Source: Candidatus Pacebacteria bacterium CG_4_10_14_3_um_filter_34_15
GTDB lineage: Bacteria > Patescibacteriota > Microgenomatia > UBA1400 > PJMF01
Assembly: GCA_002783105.1 (NCBI GenBank)
Contig: PFJN01000016.1
Span: 15,034 to 79,033 of the forward strand
Direction: 5' to 3'
Length of the DNA: 64,000 nucleotides
Positions 19,319 through 31,495 of the stretch are shown piece after piece; within the stretch, counting starts at the first letter, position 1, and every line of letters starts with the position of its first letter. Made by a program: the position numbers and the translations under genes. The notes below the pieces were generated by a model. It made no database searches. It saw only the letters and a program-made list of their open reading frames with translations, and had not been told where the DNA came from.

Positions 19319-22300
19319 ATGTCACAAACCAAGCGTCAAAATTGGGGTCAATCACACTCAATTCTACCAGAATTAGATCTGATTAAACTTCAAATCGACA
19401 GTTATAAAATCTTTTTAGAAACTGGAATTAGAAAATCATTAAACGAAGTTAATGGTGACAAAGGAATCGAAGATTACACTGGAAAAAATTGGGCGCTAAA
19501 GTTTGGAGAATACAGATTCGGTAAAGCAAAATACTCAGTTACTCAAGCTAAAAACAAAGGAGTAACTTACGACATGCCTCTTTATGTTGAGGCAACTCTC
19601 ATTAATAAAAGATCTGGCGAAGAAAAAACTCAAGAAGTTTTCTTGGGCGACATTCCTAAAATGACCAAAATTGGTACCTTTATTGTTAACGGTATCGAAC
19701 GTGCAGTTGTTACGCAATTAGTTAGATCTCCAGGTGTTTTCTTTGGTGGTGCTTTAGAAAGAACTCAAGGAAGACAACTTTTTAATGCAGAACTTAGACC
19801 AAAAAGAGGTTCATGGATAGAAATTTCAGTTGGTAAGAGAGATGTTATTACCGTTAAAATTGATCGTAGAAGAAAAATGCCAGTTACAGTTTTACTTAGA
19901 GCCCTAGGATATGGTTCTGACGAAGAAATTTTAGAATTACTCAAAACTGAGAACTCAATGGACGAGCTTAATTTACTTCAAAATACAATTGACAAAGATG
20001 CTACTAAAACTCAAGAAGAAGCTTTAATTGAAATTTACGAAAAAATGAGACCAGGTGAGCCAGCAGTTTTGGAGACGTCTAGAGAATATTTCAAACAATT
20101 ATTTTTTGATCCAAGAAGATATGATTTAGCAAGAGTTGGAAGATACAAACTTAATAGAAGATTAAAACTTAAAGTTGATCAAGATATAACTGTTTTGACA
20201 CAAGAAGATATCGTTGCTACTGTTAAATATTTAATTAGATTACAAAACGGTGAAGGTAAAGTTGATGATATTGATCATCTTAGTAATAGAAGAGTTCGCC
20301 AAATTGGTGAGTTAGTCAAAGAGTCAGCATTTAGAATTGGTCTTATTAGATTGGAAAAATCAATTAGAGAAAAAATGTCTTTGACAAAAACTGAAGAAGT
20401 TTTGAGTCCAGCAGCACTAGTTAATGCACGCCCACTCATTGCTACAATTTCAGAATTTTTCAGACGTAATAGATTGTCAACAATCTTAGATCAAACTAAT
20501 CCTTTATCTGAAATTGACAACCTAAGACGTTTGTCTGTTATGGGTACTGGTGGTGTGACCAGAGAACGTGCATCATTTTCTATGCGTGACATTAATGCGT
20601 CTCAATACTCTCGTATCGATCCAGTTAGATCTCCAGAAGGTCCAAACATTGGTTTAGTTACTTATCTTTCTCTTTATACCAAGGTTAATGATTTCGGTTT
20701 CTTGGAAGCTCCATACAGAAAAATCGTGAATGTTAAGGGTAAAATGCAGGTCCAAGATGAAATTGTTTATTTATCTGCAGACGAGGAAGAAGATTATAAA
20801 ATTACTCATGCAAGTGTAAATATTAACGACAAAGGAGTCATTCAAGATGAATGGGTTGCTATGCGTTATATGAACAGTTTTACTGAGGGTCCAGTAGAAG
20901 ATGCTCAATATATTGATGTTATTCCAAATCAAGTTATCGGTACGTCCGCATCATTGATTCCTTTTATTGCAAATGACGAAGCTAATCGTGCGCTTATGGG
21001 TACACATATGCAATGTCAGGCTGTTCCTTTGGTTAAACCACAGGCTCCAATTGTGGGGACAGGTATGGAGGCAGCAGTTGCTGCTGCTATGGGAAGAACA
21101 GTTAAGGCCGTTCATGCTGGTGAAGTTACCTATGTAGATGCAAATAAAATTGAAATTCAGACATCTAAAGCTGATTCAAAAAAAGCCATCGAGAGGTCAG
21201 AAGATTTTGACGAGATGCATACTCATGAAAATGGCAAAGATATTTATAACATTACAAAATTTATTAGAACATCACAAAGTACGTGTTATTCACAAAAACC
21301 AATCGTAAGCGTTGGTGACAAAATCAAAGCAGGAGACGTCATTATTGATGGACCAGCTGCAGAAGGTGGTGAACTAGCACTTGGTAGCAATTTAGTAATC
21401 GCTTATGCTTCATTCGAAGGTTTGGGTTATGAGGATGCTATCGTTATTTCTGACAGATTAGTTAGAGAAGACACACTTACTTCAGTTCAAATCAACGAAT
21501 ACAAAGCAAAAGTTATGGATACTAAGCTTGGTGCAGAAGAATTAACTAACGATATTCCAAACGTTTCTGAAATTTACTTGAGCAACTTAACATTGGAAGG
21601 AATTATTCGTGTTGGAAGTATTGTTAGCTCAGGAGATATCTTGGTTGGAAAAATTGCTCCAAAAGGTGAAACTGAGTTATCGCCAGAAGAGAGATTGCTA
21701 AGAGCTATTTTCGGTGAAAAGTCTAGAGAAGTTAGAGACACATCATTAAGATTGCCTCATGGTCAATCAGGAACTGTGATCGAAGTTTCAGTTTTGGATA
21801 GTGACCTTGGAGATGAGCTTGACCCTGGAACTCTTAAAGAAGTCGTTGTTAAAGTGGCACAAATTAGAAAAATTACCGTCGGAGATAAGTTGGCTGGACG
21901 CCATGGCAACAAGGGTGTTATTTCAAAGATAGTTCCTGTTGCAGATATGCCTCATACGCAAGACGGTACTCCAGTAGACATTATTATTTCACCACTTTCT
22001 GTTTTGGCACGTATGAACTTAGGTCAGCTTTTGGAAGCACATGCGGGTTGGGCAGCTCAGAAATTAGGCTATAAAATTGCTATTCCAGCTTTTGAGAGTT
22101 TTGATGAAAAGAAAATCTGGGAAGAATTAGGAAGAGCAGGATTACCAGTTTCTGGAAAAGCACAACTTATCGACGGTAGAACAGGCGAACAATTTAGTGA
22201 AACAACAACTGTTGGTATCGGATACATTCTTAAGTTGTCTCACATGGTTGAAGATAAAATGCATGCAAGATCAACTGGTCCTTACTCCCTAGTCACTCAA

Positions 22301-22768
22301 CAACCACTTGGTGGTAAAGCTCAAATGGGTGGACAGCGTTTGGGAGAAATGGAAGTTTGGGCACTTGAAGCACATAAAGCAGCACATACGTTGCAAGAAA
22401 TGCTTACTATCAAATCTGATGATGTGATGGGTAGAGCAAAAGCTTTTGAATCTATCGTTAAGGGTTTGGATATTCCTGAGCCAGCTGTTCCAGAATCTTT
22501 CAGAGTTTTGATGAGAGAGTTGAACTCACTTGGAATTGATGTTGTTCCTCATGAAGTTATTGAAGAAGATGAAGTAGTTTTAGAAGAAGCTTCACCGGGA
22601 CTTAATATTGATCCAGACGAGTTAAATACAGTTGATCAAAGTGCGGGAGAAGCTGACAATGATGATTTGGCAACTGTTGAGCTTGAGGATATTGAACCTG
22701 AATTCGACGAAGAAGAGGCTGCAAAAATTGAGGCCTTAGAAGATGATGAGAAAGAAATAGCAGAGTAA
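19319..22768 (+). CDS. rpoB: RNA polymerase beta
   Basis: GDKLAGRHGNKGV, GGQRLGEMEVWALEA; acidic C-terminal tail. Confidence 0.99.
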   Translation: MSQTKRQNWGQSHSILPELDLIKLQIDSYKIFLETGIRKSLNEVNGDKGIEDYTGKNWALKFGEYRFGKAKYSVTQAKNKGVTYDMPLYVEATLINKRSGEEKTQEVFLGDIPKMTKIGTFIVNGIERAVVTQLVRSPGVFFGGALERTQGRQLFNAELRPKRGSWIEISVGKRDVITVKIDRRRKMPVTVLLRALGYGSDEEILELLKTENSMDELNLLQNTIDKDATKTQEEALIEIYEKMRPGEPAVLETSREYFKQLFFDPRRYDLARVGRYKLNRRLKLKVDQDITVLTQEDIVATVKYLIRLQNGEGKVDDIDHLSNRRVRQIGELVKESAFRIGLIRLEKSIREKMSLTKTEEVLSPAALVNARPLIATISEFFRRNRLSTILDQTNPLSEIDNLRRLSVMGTGGVTRERASFSMRDINASQYSRIDPVRSPEGPNIGLVTYLSLYTKVNDFGFLEAPYRKIVNVKGKMQVQDEIVYLSADEEEDYKITHASVNINDKGVIQDEWVAMRYMNSFTEGPVEDAQYIDVIPNQVIGTSASLIPFIANDEANRALMGTHMQCQAVPLVKPQAPIVGTGMEAAVAAAMGRTVKAVHAGEVTYVDANKIEIQTSKADSKKAIERSEDFDEMHTHENGKDIYNITKFIRTSQSTCYSQKPIVSVGDKIKAGDVIIDGPAAEGGELALGSNLVIAYASFEGLGYEDAIVISDRLVREDTLTSVQINEYKAKVMDTKLGAEELTNDIPNVSEIYLSNLTLEGIIRVGSIVSSGDILVGKIAPKGETELSPEERLLRAIFGEKSREVRDTSLRLPHGQSGTVIEVSVLDSDLGDELDPGTLKEVVVKVAQIRKITVGDKLAGRHGNKGVISKIVPVADMPHTQDGTPVDIIISPLSVLARMNLGQLLEAHAGWAAQKLGYKIAIPAFESFDEKKIWEELGRAGLPVSGKAQLIDGRTGEQFSETTTVGIGYILKLSHMVEDKMHARSTGPYSLVTQQPLGGKAQMGGQRLGEMEVWALEAHKAAHTLQEMLTIKSDDVMGRAKAFESIVKGLDIPEPAVPESFRVLMRELNSLGIDVVPHEVIEEDEVVLEEASPGLNIDPDELNTVDQSAGEADNDDLATVELEDIEPEFDEEEAAKIEALEDDEKEIAE

Positions 22769-22790
22769 CAACCAAACCACAAAGGACTTT

Positions 22791-25700
22791 ATGAAAAATA
22801 TTATTAACTTCTCTGCTTTAGAAATTCGCATAGCTTCCCCAGATACAATTAAGTCGTGGTCATTTGGTGAAGTCAAGAAACCAGAGACAATCAATTACAG
22901 ATCACTCAAAGCAGAAAAAGATGGCTTATTTGATGAGAAAATTTTTGGACCTATCAAAGATTATGAATGTTACTGTGGAAAATATAAAAGAATTCGTTAT
23001 AAGGGTATTATCTGTGATAAATGTGGTGTTGAAGTAACTCAATCAAAAGTTAGACGTGAGAGAATGGCTCATATCACTTTATCATCTCCAGTCGCTCATA
23101 TTTGGTTTTTTAAAGGTGCTCCTTCAAAATTATCTTTACTTTTGGATATCTCTCCAAGAAATTTAAGTTCAATTATCTATTTTTCAAAGTACTTAGTTCT
23201 TGATATTGATACTGATGAAAAAACAGAAATTTCTGATCGCTTGAATGTAGATTTAGTTGCTGCTCAAGATGAACTTAAGGATGAGGCAAAAGTAGGGATG
23301 GAATCAGTAAAAGCAACCTTAATTGAAGACAAAGCTAGTTTAAATGAAAAAGTAACAAGTAAGGAGACTCTCCAATTAAAACTCACAGAAGCAGAATTAA
23401 AAGCAAAAAACAAACTCGTAGCACTTAAGAAACAATTAGAAGTGAAGTTGGATCAAACTGAAGAAATTTATAAAACCATCAAACTAATGGTCAAGAAAAT
23501 TGGAAAAGGAATGATTTTAACTGAAGATGAGTATTTAAAGCTTGATGATTATAATGCTGTCTCTCACTTGAGAGTTGGAATGGGCGCAGAAAGTATATTA
23601 GAGCTTGCAGAAGCAATTAATTTGGACACTTTAGTTGCTAAATTAAGAGGAGAAATAGAAGAATCAAAAGGTGCTAAGTTGGTAAAATCAATTAAACGAT
23701 TGAGAGTTGCTGAAGGACTAAGAAAAGCCAAAATAAAACCAGCTTGGATGTTTATGACCATTTTGCCAGTTATCCCTCCAGATTTAAGACCTATGGTTCA
23801 GCTTTCTGGTGGTAGATTTGCAACTTCAGATCTAAATGACTTATATAGAAGAGTTATCAATAGAAATAATCGTTTGAAACACTTAATTGATTTAGGTGCT
23901 CCAGAAATTATTTTGAGAAACGAAAAAAGAATGCTTCAAGAAGCAGTTGATTCACTAATTGATGGTTCAAGTGCACGACAGACAAGAAGAAGACAAACAA
24001 GAAGACCTCTTAAATCTTTATCAGAAATGTTAAAGGGTAAGCAGGGTCGTTTCCGTCAAAATCTACTTGGAAAACGTGTTGATTATTCGGGACGTTCAGT
24101 TATCGTTGTTGGTCCAGAGTTGAAGCTCAATGAATGTGGTTTGCCAAAAGATATGGCGTTAGAAATGTTTAAACCATATGTCTTAAGAGAGCTGATTGTT
24201 AATGGAACCGCTCCTAACGTTAAAAGCGCGAAGCACTTAATCGAAAGACATGAGCCAGAAGTTTATGATATTTTAGAAGAAGTTACTAAGAATCATCCAG
24301 TTATTTTAAATCGTGCACCAACTTTACATAAGCTTGGTATGCAGGCATTTTACCCTATTTTGATTGAGGGAAATGCTATTAGATTACATCCATGTGTTTG
24401 TTCTGGTTATAACGCTGACTTTGACGGTGACCAAATGGCTGTTCACGTACCTTTAACCAAAAAAGCTCAACAAGAAGCAATCGATTTATTAATGGCAACA
24501 AATAATTTGCTTAAACCTGCTAATGGTGAGCCAATTACTATTCCAAATAAAGAAATGGCAATGGGAATTTATTACCATACAGTTGTAGATAATAAATTTA
24601 AAGTTTTCCCAGGAATATTCTCATCTAAAGATGAAGCTTATCATGTATACCAGATTGGTAAACTTGGGCTTAGACAATTAGTCAAAGTTAGAATTGCTTC
24701 TTTAGGAAAAGTTATAGAAACCACAGTCGGTAGACTTCAATTTAATGATTTATTGCCAGTTGAATTTGGTTATATAAACGAAGCAGTAGGTGCAAAGAAA
24801 ATCAAACAATTAGTGACAACTGCAATTAAAGAGTTTGATAAACAACGTGTTGCAAACTTAATTGACGCTATCAAAAATTTAGGTTTTGAAGCGGCAACAA
24901 TTTCAGGTATTTCGGTGTCAGTTAGTGATTGTGAAATGATTGAAAATAAAGATGAAATCATTGAAGCTGCTAATAAAAAAGTTGAAGAAATTCAAGAACA
25001 ATACAACGAAGGTATGATTGCAATTGAGGAAAGAAAAAGACTTTCATTTGATGTTTGGATTGATACAACAGAGGATATTGCAGAGAAAACTTGGAGTACA
25101 TATTCAGAAGACAATGCTGTTAAAGTTTTGATTGAGTCAGGTGGAACTCGTGCTTCAAAAGATCAGGTTAAACAGCTTGCAGCAATGCGTGGTTTAGTGG
25201 TTGATCCAAATGGTAATATTGTTGAAATGCCTACTAAGTCTAACTTTAGAGAGGGCTTAACAATTTTCGAGTACGTGACTTCAGCTAGAGGTTCTCGTAA
25301 AGGTTTGACTGACTCAGCTATTAAAACGGCTGATGCTGGTTACCTTACACGTCGTTTATGCGATGTTTCTCATGATGCAATTATCAGATTGGAAGATTGT
25401 AAAACTGAAGAATTTATCACAATTTCAGATGAAGATAGAACTGATGTTTTTGCAACAAGAATTGCGGGTAGAATTTTAGCTAGAGATATTGTTCTTAACA
25501 AGAAAGTAGTTGCGCAAAAAGGCACATTAATTACCATAGAACTCGCTAAAGAACTGGTAAAAGCAGGATTAAAAACAGCAGACGTTAGATCTCCTCTTAC
25601 TTGTGAAGCTTCAAAAGGACTTTGTGCTACATGCTATGGAATCGATTTTTCAACTTCAAAGATGATTGAGCTCGGAGTTCCAGTTGGAATTGTAGCTGCA

Positions 25701-26480
25701 CAATCAATTGGAGAGCCAGGTACCCAGCTTACAATGAGAACCAAGCATAGTGGAGGTATTCTAGGTGCTGACGTGACTCAAGGTTTGCCACGTGTTGAAG
25801 AACTTCTTGAAGCAAGAAATCCAAAGAATCAAGCTATCATTAGTGAGATTGCTGGAAAAGTTTCGATTGAAGAAGGCGACAAAGACATTACTGTTACTAT
25901 TAGAACAACTTCATCACCAGTTGAAGAAGTTGAGTATAAGCTTTCAGTAAATGCTGAGTTACTTATCAAAGATGGTGATTTAATCCATGTTGGTCAACAA
26001 TTAACAACTGGATCAGTTAGTCTTAAAGAGTTAGCTCTTGTAAAGGGTTTACTTCAAGCTCAACAGTATACAATTAATCAGGTGCAAGCTGTTTACGAAT
26101 CTCAGGGTATCCCAATTCATGATAAACATTTTGAAACTATCATCAGAAAAATGTGCGATAAGCTTCAAATTGAATCTGCAGGAGATACTGATTTCTTAAC
26201 TGGTGAAGTTATTGAAAAAACCAAGTTTATTGAAGCAAATGATGAAGCAATGGCTGCCGGTGGTGAACCAGCAACCGCTAAGGTTCTCTTTTTAGGAATT
26301 ACCAGATCGTCATTATTTACTGCATCTTGGTTATCAGCTGCTTCTTTCCAACATACTAAGAATGTCTTAACCGATGCATCAGCAGCAGGAAAGATTGATT
26401 ACTTAGATGGTTTGAAAGAAAATGTCATTATTGGTAGATTAATTCCAACCAGTAAAGAAAGAGCTAGTATTGAACTCTAG
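22791..26480 (+). CDS. rpoC: RNA polymerase beta'
   Basis: [13 protein letters not shown]-terminal zinc finger, [11 protein letters not shown]. Confidence 0.99.
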   Translation: MKNIINFSALEIRIASPDTIKSWSFGEVKKPETINYRSLKAEKDGLFDEKIFGPIKDYECYCGKYKRIRYKGIICDKCGVEVTQSKVRRERMAHITLSSPVAHIWFFKGAPSKLSLLLDISPRNLSSIIYFSKYLVLDIDTDEKTEISDRLNVDLVAAQDELKDEAKVGMESVKATLIEDKASLNEKVTSKETLQLKLTEAELKAKNKLVALKKQLEVKLDQTEEIYKTIKLMVKKIGKGMILTEDEYLKLDDYNAVSHLRVGMGAESILELAEAINLDTLVAKLRGEIEESKGAKLVKSIKRLRVAEGLRKAKIKPAWMFMTILPVIPPDLRPMVQLSGGRFATSDLNDLYRRVINRNNRLKHLIDLGAPEIILRNEKRMLQEAVDSLIDGSSARQTRRRQTRRPLKSLSEMLKGKQGRFRQNLLGKRVDYSGRSVIVVGPELKLNECGLPKDMALEMFKPYVLRELIVNGTAPNVKSAKHLIERHEPEVYDILEEVTKNHPVILNRAPTLHKLGMQAFYPILIEGNAIRLHPCVCSGYNADFDGDQMAVHVPLTKKAQQEAIDLLMATNNLLKPANGEPITIPNKEMAMGIYYHTVVDNKFKVFPGIFSSKDEAYHVYQIGKLGLRQLVKVRIASLGKVIETTVGRLQFNDLLPVEFGYINEAVGAKKIKQLVTTAIKEFDKQRVANLIDAIKNLGFEAATISGISVSVSDCEMIENKDEIIEAANKKVEEIQEQYNEGMIAIEERKRLSFDVWIDTTEDIAEKTWSTYSEDNAVKVLIESGGTRASKDQVKQLAAMRGLVVDPNGNIVEMPTKSNFREGLTIFEYVTSARGSRKGLTDSAIKTADAGYLTRRLCDVSHDAIIRLEDCKTEEFITISDEDRTDVFATRIAGRILARDIVLNKKVVAQKGTLITIELAKELVKAGLKTADVRSPLTCEASKGLCATCYGIDFSTSKMIELGVPVGIVAAQSIGEPGTQLTMRTKHSGGILGADVTQGLPRVEELLEARNPKNQAIISEIAGKVSIEEGDKDITVTIRTTSSPVEEVEYKLSVNAELLIKDGDLIHVGQQLTTGSVSLKELALVKGLLQAQQYTINQVQAVYESQGIPIHDKHFETIIRKMCDKLQIESAGDTDFLTGEVIEKTKFIEANDEAMAAGGEPATAKVLFLGITRSSLFTASWLSAASFQHTKNVLTDASAAGKIDYLDGLKENVIIGRLIPTSKERASIEL

Positions 26481-26499
26481 ATGATATCTGTCAGTCTTA

Positions 26500-26508
26500 T
26501 GATATAAT
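26500..26508 (+). promoter_or_regulatory. extended -10 promoter for str operon
   Basis: TGATATAAT 31 nt upstream of rpsL ATG. Confidence 0.5.
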
Positions 26509-26539
26509 CAGTGTTCGTGTTATTTTATTGGAGTTATTT

Positions 26540-26953
26540 ATGCCTACAATTAATCAGTTAATTAGAAAAGGTGGACGTAAGCCCAATCCTAAGAGGATTA
26601 AAGCTCAAGCACTTCGCAGAAGTTTTAATTCTAATACTGGAAAACAGATTAAAACTACTAATCCACAAAAACGTGGTGTATGTACTGTGGTCAAAACAAT
26701 GACTCCTAAGAAACCTAACTCAGCACTTCGTAAAGTTGCTCGTGTTAGACTTTCTAATAAAATGGAAGTCACTGCTTACATTATGGGTGAAGGTCATAGT
26801 TTGGCCGAACACAGTATCGTTTTGGTTAGAGGCGGAAGAGTTAAAGATCTTCCAGGTGTGAAGTATCACATTATTAGAGGTAAATATGATGCTACTGGAG
26901 TCAGCAATAGAAAAACTTCATGTAGTAAATATGGTGTAAAGAGAAACGGATAG
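26540..26953 (+). CDS. rpsL: 30S ribosomal protein S12
   Basis: [29 protein letters not shown]. Confidence 0.99.
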   Translation: MPTINQLIRKGGRKPNPKRIKAQALRRSFNSNTGKQIKTTNPQKRGVCTVVKTMTPKKPNSALRKVARVRLSNKMEVTAYIMGEGHSLAEHSIVLVRGGRVKDLPGVKYHIIRGKYDATGVSNRKTSCSKYGVKRNG

Positions 26954-27008
26954 TAATTAAATATTAAATGAAAGTATTTGCTAAAAATTTAGCAGAGAAG
27001 AAATTATC

Positions 27009-27485
27009 ATGAGAACTAAAAAAGCTCCAGTTAGAATAACTAGACCAGACGGAAAATACCAGTCTGTCAGAATTGCAAAGCTCATTAACTATGTGATGCG
27101 TGATGGAAAAAAATCTGTTGCACAAAAACAAGTTTATTTAGCTCTTGAAGAGTTAGCTCTAAAAACTGGCAAAAAAGCATTAGAATCTTTCGAAGAAGTA
27201 ATTAAAGCAGTTACTCCTCAAATGGAGGTTAGATCTAGACGTGTCGGTGGTGCTTCTTATCAAGTTCCTATGCCTGTTAGAAGCGGTAGAGGTTTTGCTC
27301 TTTCATTAAGAGCATTAGTAGAAGCTGCTAACAAAAAACCAAACAAGCAATACCATACTTTTGGTGAAAAGCTCACAGCAGAAATGCTCGAAGCCCTTCA
27401 GGGTACTGGTGGAGCAATTAACAAGAAAAATACTGCTCATCGAATGGCCGACGCTAACAAAGCATTCGCCCACTTTAGATGGTAA
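27009..27485 (+). CDS. rpsG: 30S ribosomal protein S7
   Basis: EVRSRRVGGASYQVP, HRMADANKAFAHFRW. Confidence 0.99.
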   Translation: MRTKKAPVRITRPDGKYQSVRIAKLINYVMRDGKKSVAQKQVYLALEELALKTGKKALESFEEVIKAVTPQMEVRSRRVGGASYQVPMPVRSGRGFALSLRALVEAANKKPNKQYHTFGEKLTAEMLEALQGTGGAINKKNTAHRMADANKAFAHFRW

Positions 27486-27517
27486 GAATTTATTATTTAT
27501 AGTATAGGTGGGAAGAT

Positions 27518-29647
27518 ATGGCTGACAATACAAACACAAGAGTTCCATTAGAGAGAATTAGAAATATTGGTATTATTGCCCATATTGATGCTGGAAAAAC
27601 CACAACTTCCGAAAGAATCCTTTATTTTACAGGTAGAACTTACAAAATTGGTGAAGTTCATGAGGGTGCTGCAACTATGGATTGGATGGCTCAAGAACAA
27701 GAGCGTGGTATCACAATTGTATCTGCTGCAACCACATGTTTTTGGAAACCTCACTTTGAAGTTCATTTAGAAAATGCATTATATAGATTTAATATTATTG
27801 ATACCCCAGGGCATGTTGATTTTACAGCAGAAGTTGAAAGATCACTTCGTGTTCTAGATGGAGGAATTACAGTTCTCGATGCTAGTGAAGGTGTCCAGTC
27901 TCAATCAGAAACCGTTTGGCGCCAAGCAGATAAATATAATATTCCAAGAATTTGTTTTATCAATAAAATGGATAAATTAGGTGCAGATTTTTTTGCTACT
28001 ATTGAAGACATCAGAGTTAAATTTGGTGTGACTCCAGCTGTAATGGTTTTACCAATGGGTGCAGAAAATGATTTTAGAGGAGTTATCCAAATTCTTGAAC
28101 AAAAAGCTTTGTTTTGGAAAGATAGTGCTGCAGATACCGAACCAGAGGTTAAAGGAATTCCAGAAGAATACAAGGCAAGAGTTGCAGAATTAAGATCTCA
28201 ATTAATTGAACAAATTGCAGAAACTGATGATGAACTTTTACAAAAATTCTTCGATGGAAAAGAGATTGCTTTAAATGTATTAAAAACTGCATTGCGAAAA
28301 GCTGTTATTGATTACAAATTAGTTCCTGTTTATGCAGGCTCATCACTCAAAAATACTGGTGTTCAGCCAATGCTTGATGCAGTTGTAGATTATCTTCCAT
28401 CTCCAGTTGATATTGATCACATAACTGGTATTAATCCAAAGACTCAAGAAGAGGAAACCAGACAATTAGTTACAAATGAAAAATTCTGCGCACTTGCTTT
28501 CAAGATTCAAACAGATCCTCACGTGGGAAAAATTACTTACACTCGAGTTTACTCTGGAGTACTCAAGGCAGGAAGTTATACATATAATTCAAGTACAAAA
28601 CAAAAAGAAAGAGTTGGACGCTTGCTTCTTATGCATGCCAATCAAAGAGAAGAAATTCAGGAAGCAAAAGCAGGAGAAATCGTTGCTATTGTTGGTTTGA
28701 AAAATACCAGAACAGGTGACACTCTTTGTGATGAAGATAGCAAAATTGTGCTTGAGGGAATTACTTTCGCAGAGCCAGTTATTTCTTTATCAATTGAGCC
28801 TAAAACAAAATCTGACCAAGAAAAAATGGGTATGGCTTTGGCAAAACTAAGTGAAGAGGATCCAACATTTTCTATCAAATCAAATCCTGACACTGGACAA
28901 ACTATTATTGGCGGAATGGGAGAACTACATTTGGAAATTATTGTGGATCGTATGAAAAGAGAGTTTAGCGTTGAAGCAAATGTTGGTACACCTCAAGTTG
29001 CATACAGAGAAACCATTACCAAAACCGCTCAAGCTGAGGGTAAATATATCAAACAATCTGGTGGACGCGGTCAATATGGTCACGTTTTCTTGAGAATTGA
29101 GCCAAAAGATAGAGGTACTGGATACGAATTCGTTAATGGTATCAAAGGTGGAACAGTTCCAAGAGAATTTATTAAACCAACAGACAAAGGTGTTCAAGAA
29201 TCTCTTGAACGTGGTTTTTTGGCTCATTTTCCAATGAGTGATATCAAGGTTACACTTTATGATGGCTCATACCACGATGTTGACTCAAGTGAAATTGCAT
29301 TTAAAATGGCTGGTTCTTTGGCTATGAGACATGCAACACTTTTAGCAGGTATGGTTTTACTAGAACCAATTATGAAGGTTGAAATTTCAACTCCTGATGA
29401 ATACATGGGAGACGTAATTGGAGATTTAGGTTCAAGAAGAGCGCAAATTCAAGGGACAACAACAAGAGGTAGTGTTACAATTATTACAGCACTTGCTCCT
29501 TTAGCCGAGATGCAAGGTTATGTTACAATTTTAAGAAGTATGACAAAAGGAAGAGCATCATCGGTGATGTTGCCAAGTCATTACGATATTGTTCCAAACA
29601 GTATTACTGAAAAATTGGTAGCCGAGAGAAAAACTGGCGGAAGATAA
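27518..29647 (+). CDS. fusA: elongation factor G
   Basis: AHIDAGKTT, DTPGHVDF, KQSGGRGQYG. Confidence 0.99.
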   Translation: MADNTNTRVPLERIRNIGIIAHIDAGKTTTSERILYFTGRTYKIGEVHEGAATMDWMAQEQERGITIVSAATTCFWKPHFEVHLENALYRFNIIDTPGHVDFTAEVERSLRVLDGGITVLDASEGVQSQSETVWRQADKYNIPRICFINKMDKLGADFFATIEDIRVKFGVTPAVMVLPMGAENDFRGVIQILEQKALFWKDSAADTEPEVKGIPEEYKARVAELRSQLIEQIAETDDELLQKFFDGKEIALNVLKTALRKAVIDYKLVPVYAGSSLKNTGVQPMLDAVVDYLPSPVDIDHITGINPKTQEEETRQLVTNEKFCALAFKIQTDPHVGKITYTRVYSGVLKAGSYTYNSSTKQKERVGRLLLMHANQREEIQEAKAGEIVAIVGLKNTRTGDTLCDEDSKIVLEGITFAEPVISLSIEPKTKSDQEKMGMALAKLSEEDPTFSIKSNPDTGQTIIGGMGELHLEIIVDRMKREFSVEANVGTPQVAYRETITKTAQAEGKYIKQSGGRGQYGHVFLRIEPKDRGTGYEFVNGIKGGTVPREFIKPTDKGVQESLERGFLAHFPMSDIKVTLYDGSYHDVDSSEIAFKMAGSLAMRHATLLAGMVLLEPIMKVEISTPDEYMGDVIGDLGSRRAQIQGTTTRGSVTIITALAPLAEMQGYVTILRSMTKGRASSVMLPSHYDIVPNSITEKLVAERKTGGR

Positions 29648-29701
29648 ATTGACTAAAAATAGTATTATATAGTAATTAAGTAAATTAATTTAGGAGGCCT
29701 T

Positions 29702-30898
29702 ATGGCAGACGCAAAAAAATTTATACGTGATAAAAAGCACGTAAACATCGGTACAATTGGTCACGTTGATCATGGAAAAACTACTCTTACTGCAGCTATT
29801 GCTACAACATTATCGGTAAAAGTTCCAAGTGACATCAACAAAGCAATGGGCTACTTAGACATTGATAATGCTCCAGAAGAAGCAGCTCGTGGTGTGACAA
29901 TTAACATTTCACATATCGAGTACGAAACTAAAAAGAGACATTACGCTCACATTGACGCTCCAGGACATGCTGATTATATTAAAAACATGATTACTGGTGC
30001 CGCTCAAATGGACGGTGCAATTTTAGTTGTTGCTGCTACAGATGGTCCTATGCCTCAAACACATGAGCATATTTTGTTAGCAAAACAAGTTAACGTTCCA
30101 AACCTAGTTGTTGCCTTAAACAAATGTGATATGGTTGATGATGCAGAGCTTTTGGACTTAGTCGAAATGGAAGTCAGAGAATTACTTACCAAACATGGTT
30201 TTGATGGTGAGAATGCTCCAGTTCACAGAGTTAGTGCTCTTAAAGCTTTAGAGGGTGATGATGCGGAACAAATGAAGATTATGGCCCTCATGGATTCAGT
30301 CGATACATTTATTCCAGATCCAGTTAGAGAATTAGACAAACCTTTCTTAATGCCTGTTGAAGATGTTTTTTCAATCAAAGGTAGAGGAACAGTTGTTACT
30401 GGACGTATTGAGTCTGGTATTGTTAAAATTGGTGATGAAGTCGAGATCGCAGGTATTAAAGATACTAAGAAATCAACTGTCACTGGAGTCGAAATGTTCC
30501 GTAAAATGCTTGACCAAGGTGAAGCAGGAGACAATGTTGGTATTCTTTTAAGAGGTGTTGGCAAAGATGACGTCGAAAGAGGTCAAGTTTTGGCAAAACC
30601 AGGTACAGCAAGTGTTCACACTGAGTTTGAAGCTGAAGTTTACATTTTGACCAAAGAAGAGGGTGGCAGACATAAGCCTTTCTTCACAGGTTATAGACCA
30701 CAGTTTTATATCAGAACCACTGATGTAACAGGTGAAATCAAGCTTCCTGAGGGTGTTGAAATGGTTATGCCTGGAGACAATGCAAAAATGCATGTCAAGC
30801 TAATCGTTCCAGTTGTTGCCTCTGAAGGATTACGTTTTGCAATTCGTGAGGGTGGACACACAATTGGTGCTGGTGCAATTACCAAGATTACCAAGTAA
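29702..30898 (+). CDS. tuf: elongation factor Tu
   Basis: [34 protein letters not shown]. Confidence 0.99.
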   Translation: MADAKKFIRDKKHVNIGTIGHVDHGKTTLTAAIATTLSVKVPSDINKAMGYLDIDNAPEEAARGVTINISHIEYETKKRHYAHIDAPGHADYIKNMITGAAQMDGAILVVAATDGPMPQTHEHILLAKQVNVPNLVVALNKCDMVDDAELLDLVEMEVRELLTKHGFDGENAPVHRVSALKALEGDDAEQMKIMALMDSVDTFIPDPVRELDKPFLMPVEDVFSIKGRGTVVTGRIESGIVKIGDEVEIAGIKDTKKSTVTGVEMFRKMLDQGEAGDNVGILLRGVGKDDVERGQVLAKPGTASVHTEFEAEVYILTKEEGGRHKPFFTGYRPQFYIRTTDVTGEIKLPEGVEMVMPGDNAKMHVKLIVPVVASEGLRFAIREGGHTIGAGAITKITK

Positions 30899-30917
30899 AA
30901 TATTATTGAGATTAGGC

Positions 30918-30946
30918 TTCACCCCGCACTTAACATGCGGGGTGAA
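30918..30946. terminator. GC-rich hairpin after tuf (terminator or REP-like)
   Basis: TTCACCCCGCA-N7-TGCGGGGTGAA perfect 11-bp stem; weak U-tract. Confidence 0.6.
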
Positions 30947-30986
30947 AAGTTTAGAGGGCAAAAACGAGAGAAAGAAGAAATTGGGG

Positions 30987-31015
30987 TTTACTTCTTGAGG
31001 AATTTTATGTATAAT
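30987..31015 (+). promoter_or_regulatory. sigma70 promoter for S10 operon
   Basis: TTTACT-17 nt-TATAAT. Confidence 0.7.
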
Positions 31016-31076
31016 CTCGTCCTATGGTTTAATCACCATGAAGAAATTAAAAAGTAATTAAGTAAGTTGTTTTAAA

Positions 31077-31409
31077 ATGGCTAAACTAGATCAAAAAGCA
31101 AAAGCTGGATATAAAATTCGCGTAAGACTAAAATCATACGATCATCGTGTTATAGACAGTGCAAGTCAAAAGATTTTAGAAACAGCACTTTCTACTGGCG
31201 CAAAGGTTGTTGGTCCAGTACCACTACCTTCTCATAAAAGAGAATTTGCAGTGCTAGCATCTCCTCATTCTGACAAGAATGCTCAAGAGCACTACCACAT
31301 TAAAACACACAAGAGATTGATAGACATTGTCAATCCAACAAGCAAGACTATAGATTCTTTGATGCATTTGGAACTCCCAGCCGGAGTCTCAATTCAAATT
31401 AAGATGTAG
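31077..31409 (+). CDS. rpsJ: 30S ribosomal protein S10
   Basis: [24 protein letters not shown]. Confidence 0.98.
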   Translation: MAKLDQKAKAGYKIRVRLKSYDHRVIDSASQKILETALSTGAKVVGPVPLPSHKREFAVLASPHSDKNAQEHYHIKTHKRLIDIVNPTSKTIDSLMHLELPAGVSIQIKM

Positions 31410-31495
31410 TAATAAATATAAGGAGATAAAGTTGCGATTAAATTTAAGCAACCTTAGATTAATTAGAAGAAATAATTTATATAGATTTAATTGGT

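Noticed and set aside
19319-29647. Inteins or introns in rpoB, rpoC or fusA
   Set aside because: Lengths are normal and there are no splicing or homing-endonuclease motifs; the rpoC coiled-coil insert is a lineage-type insertion.
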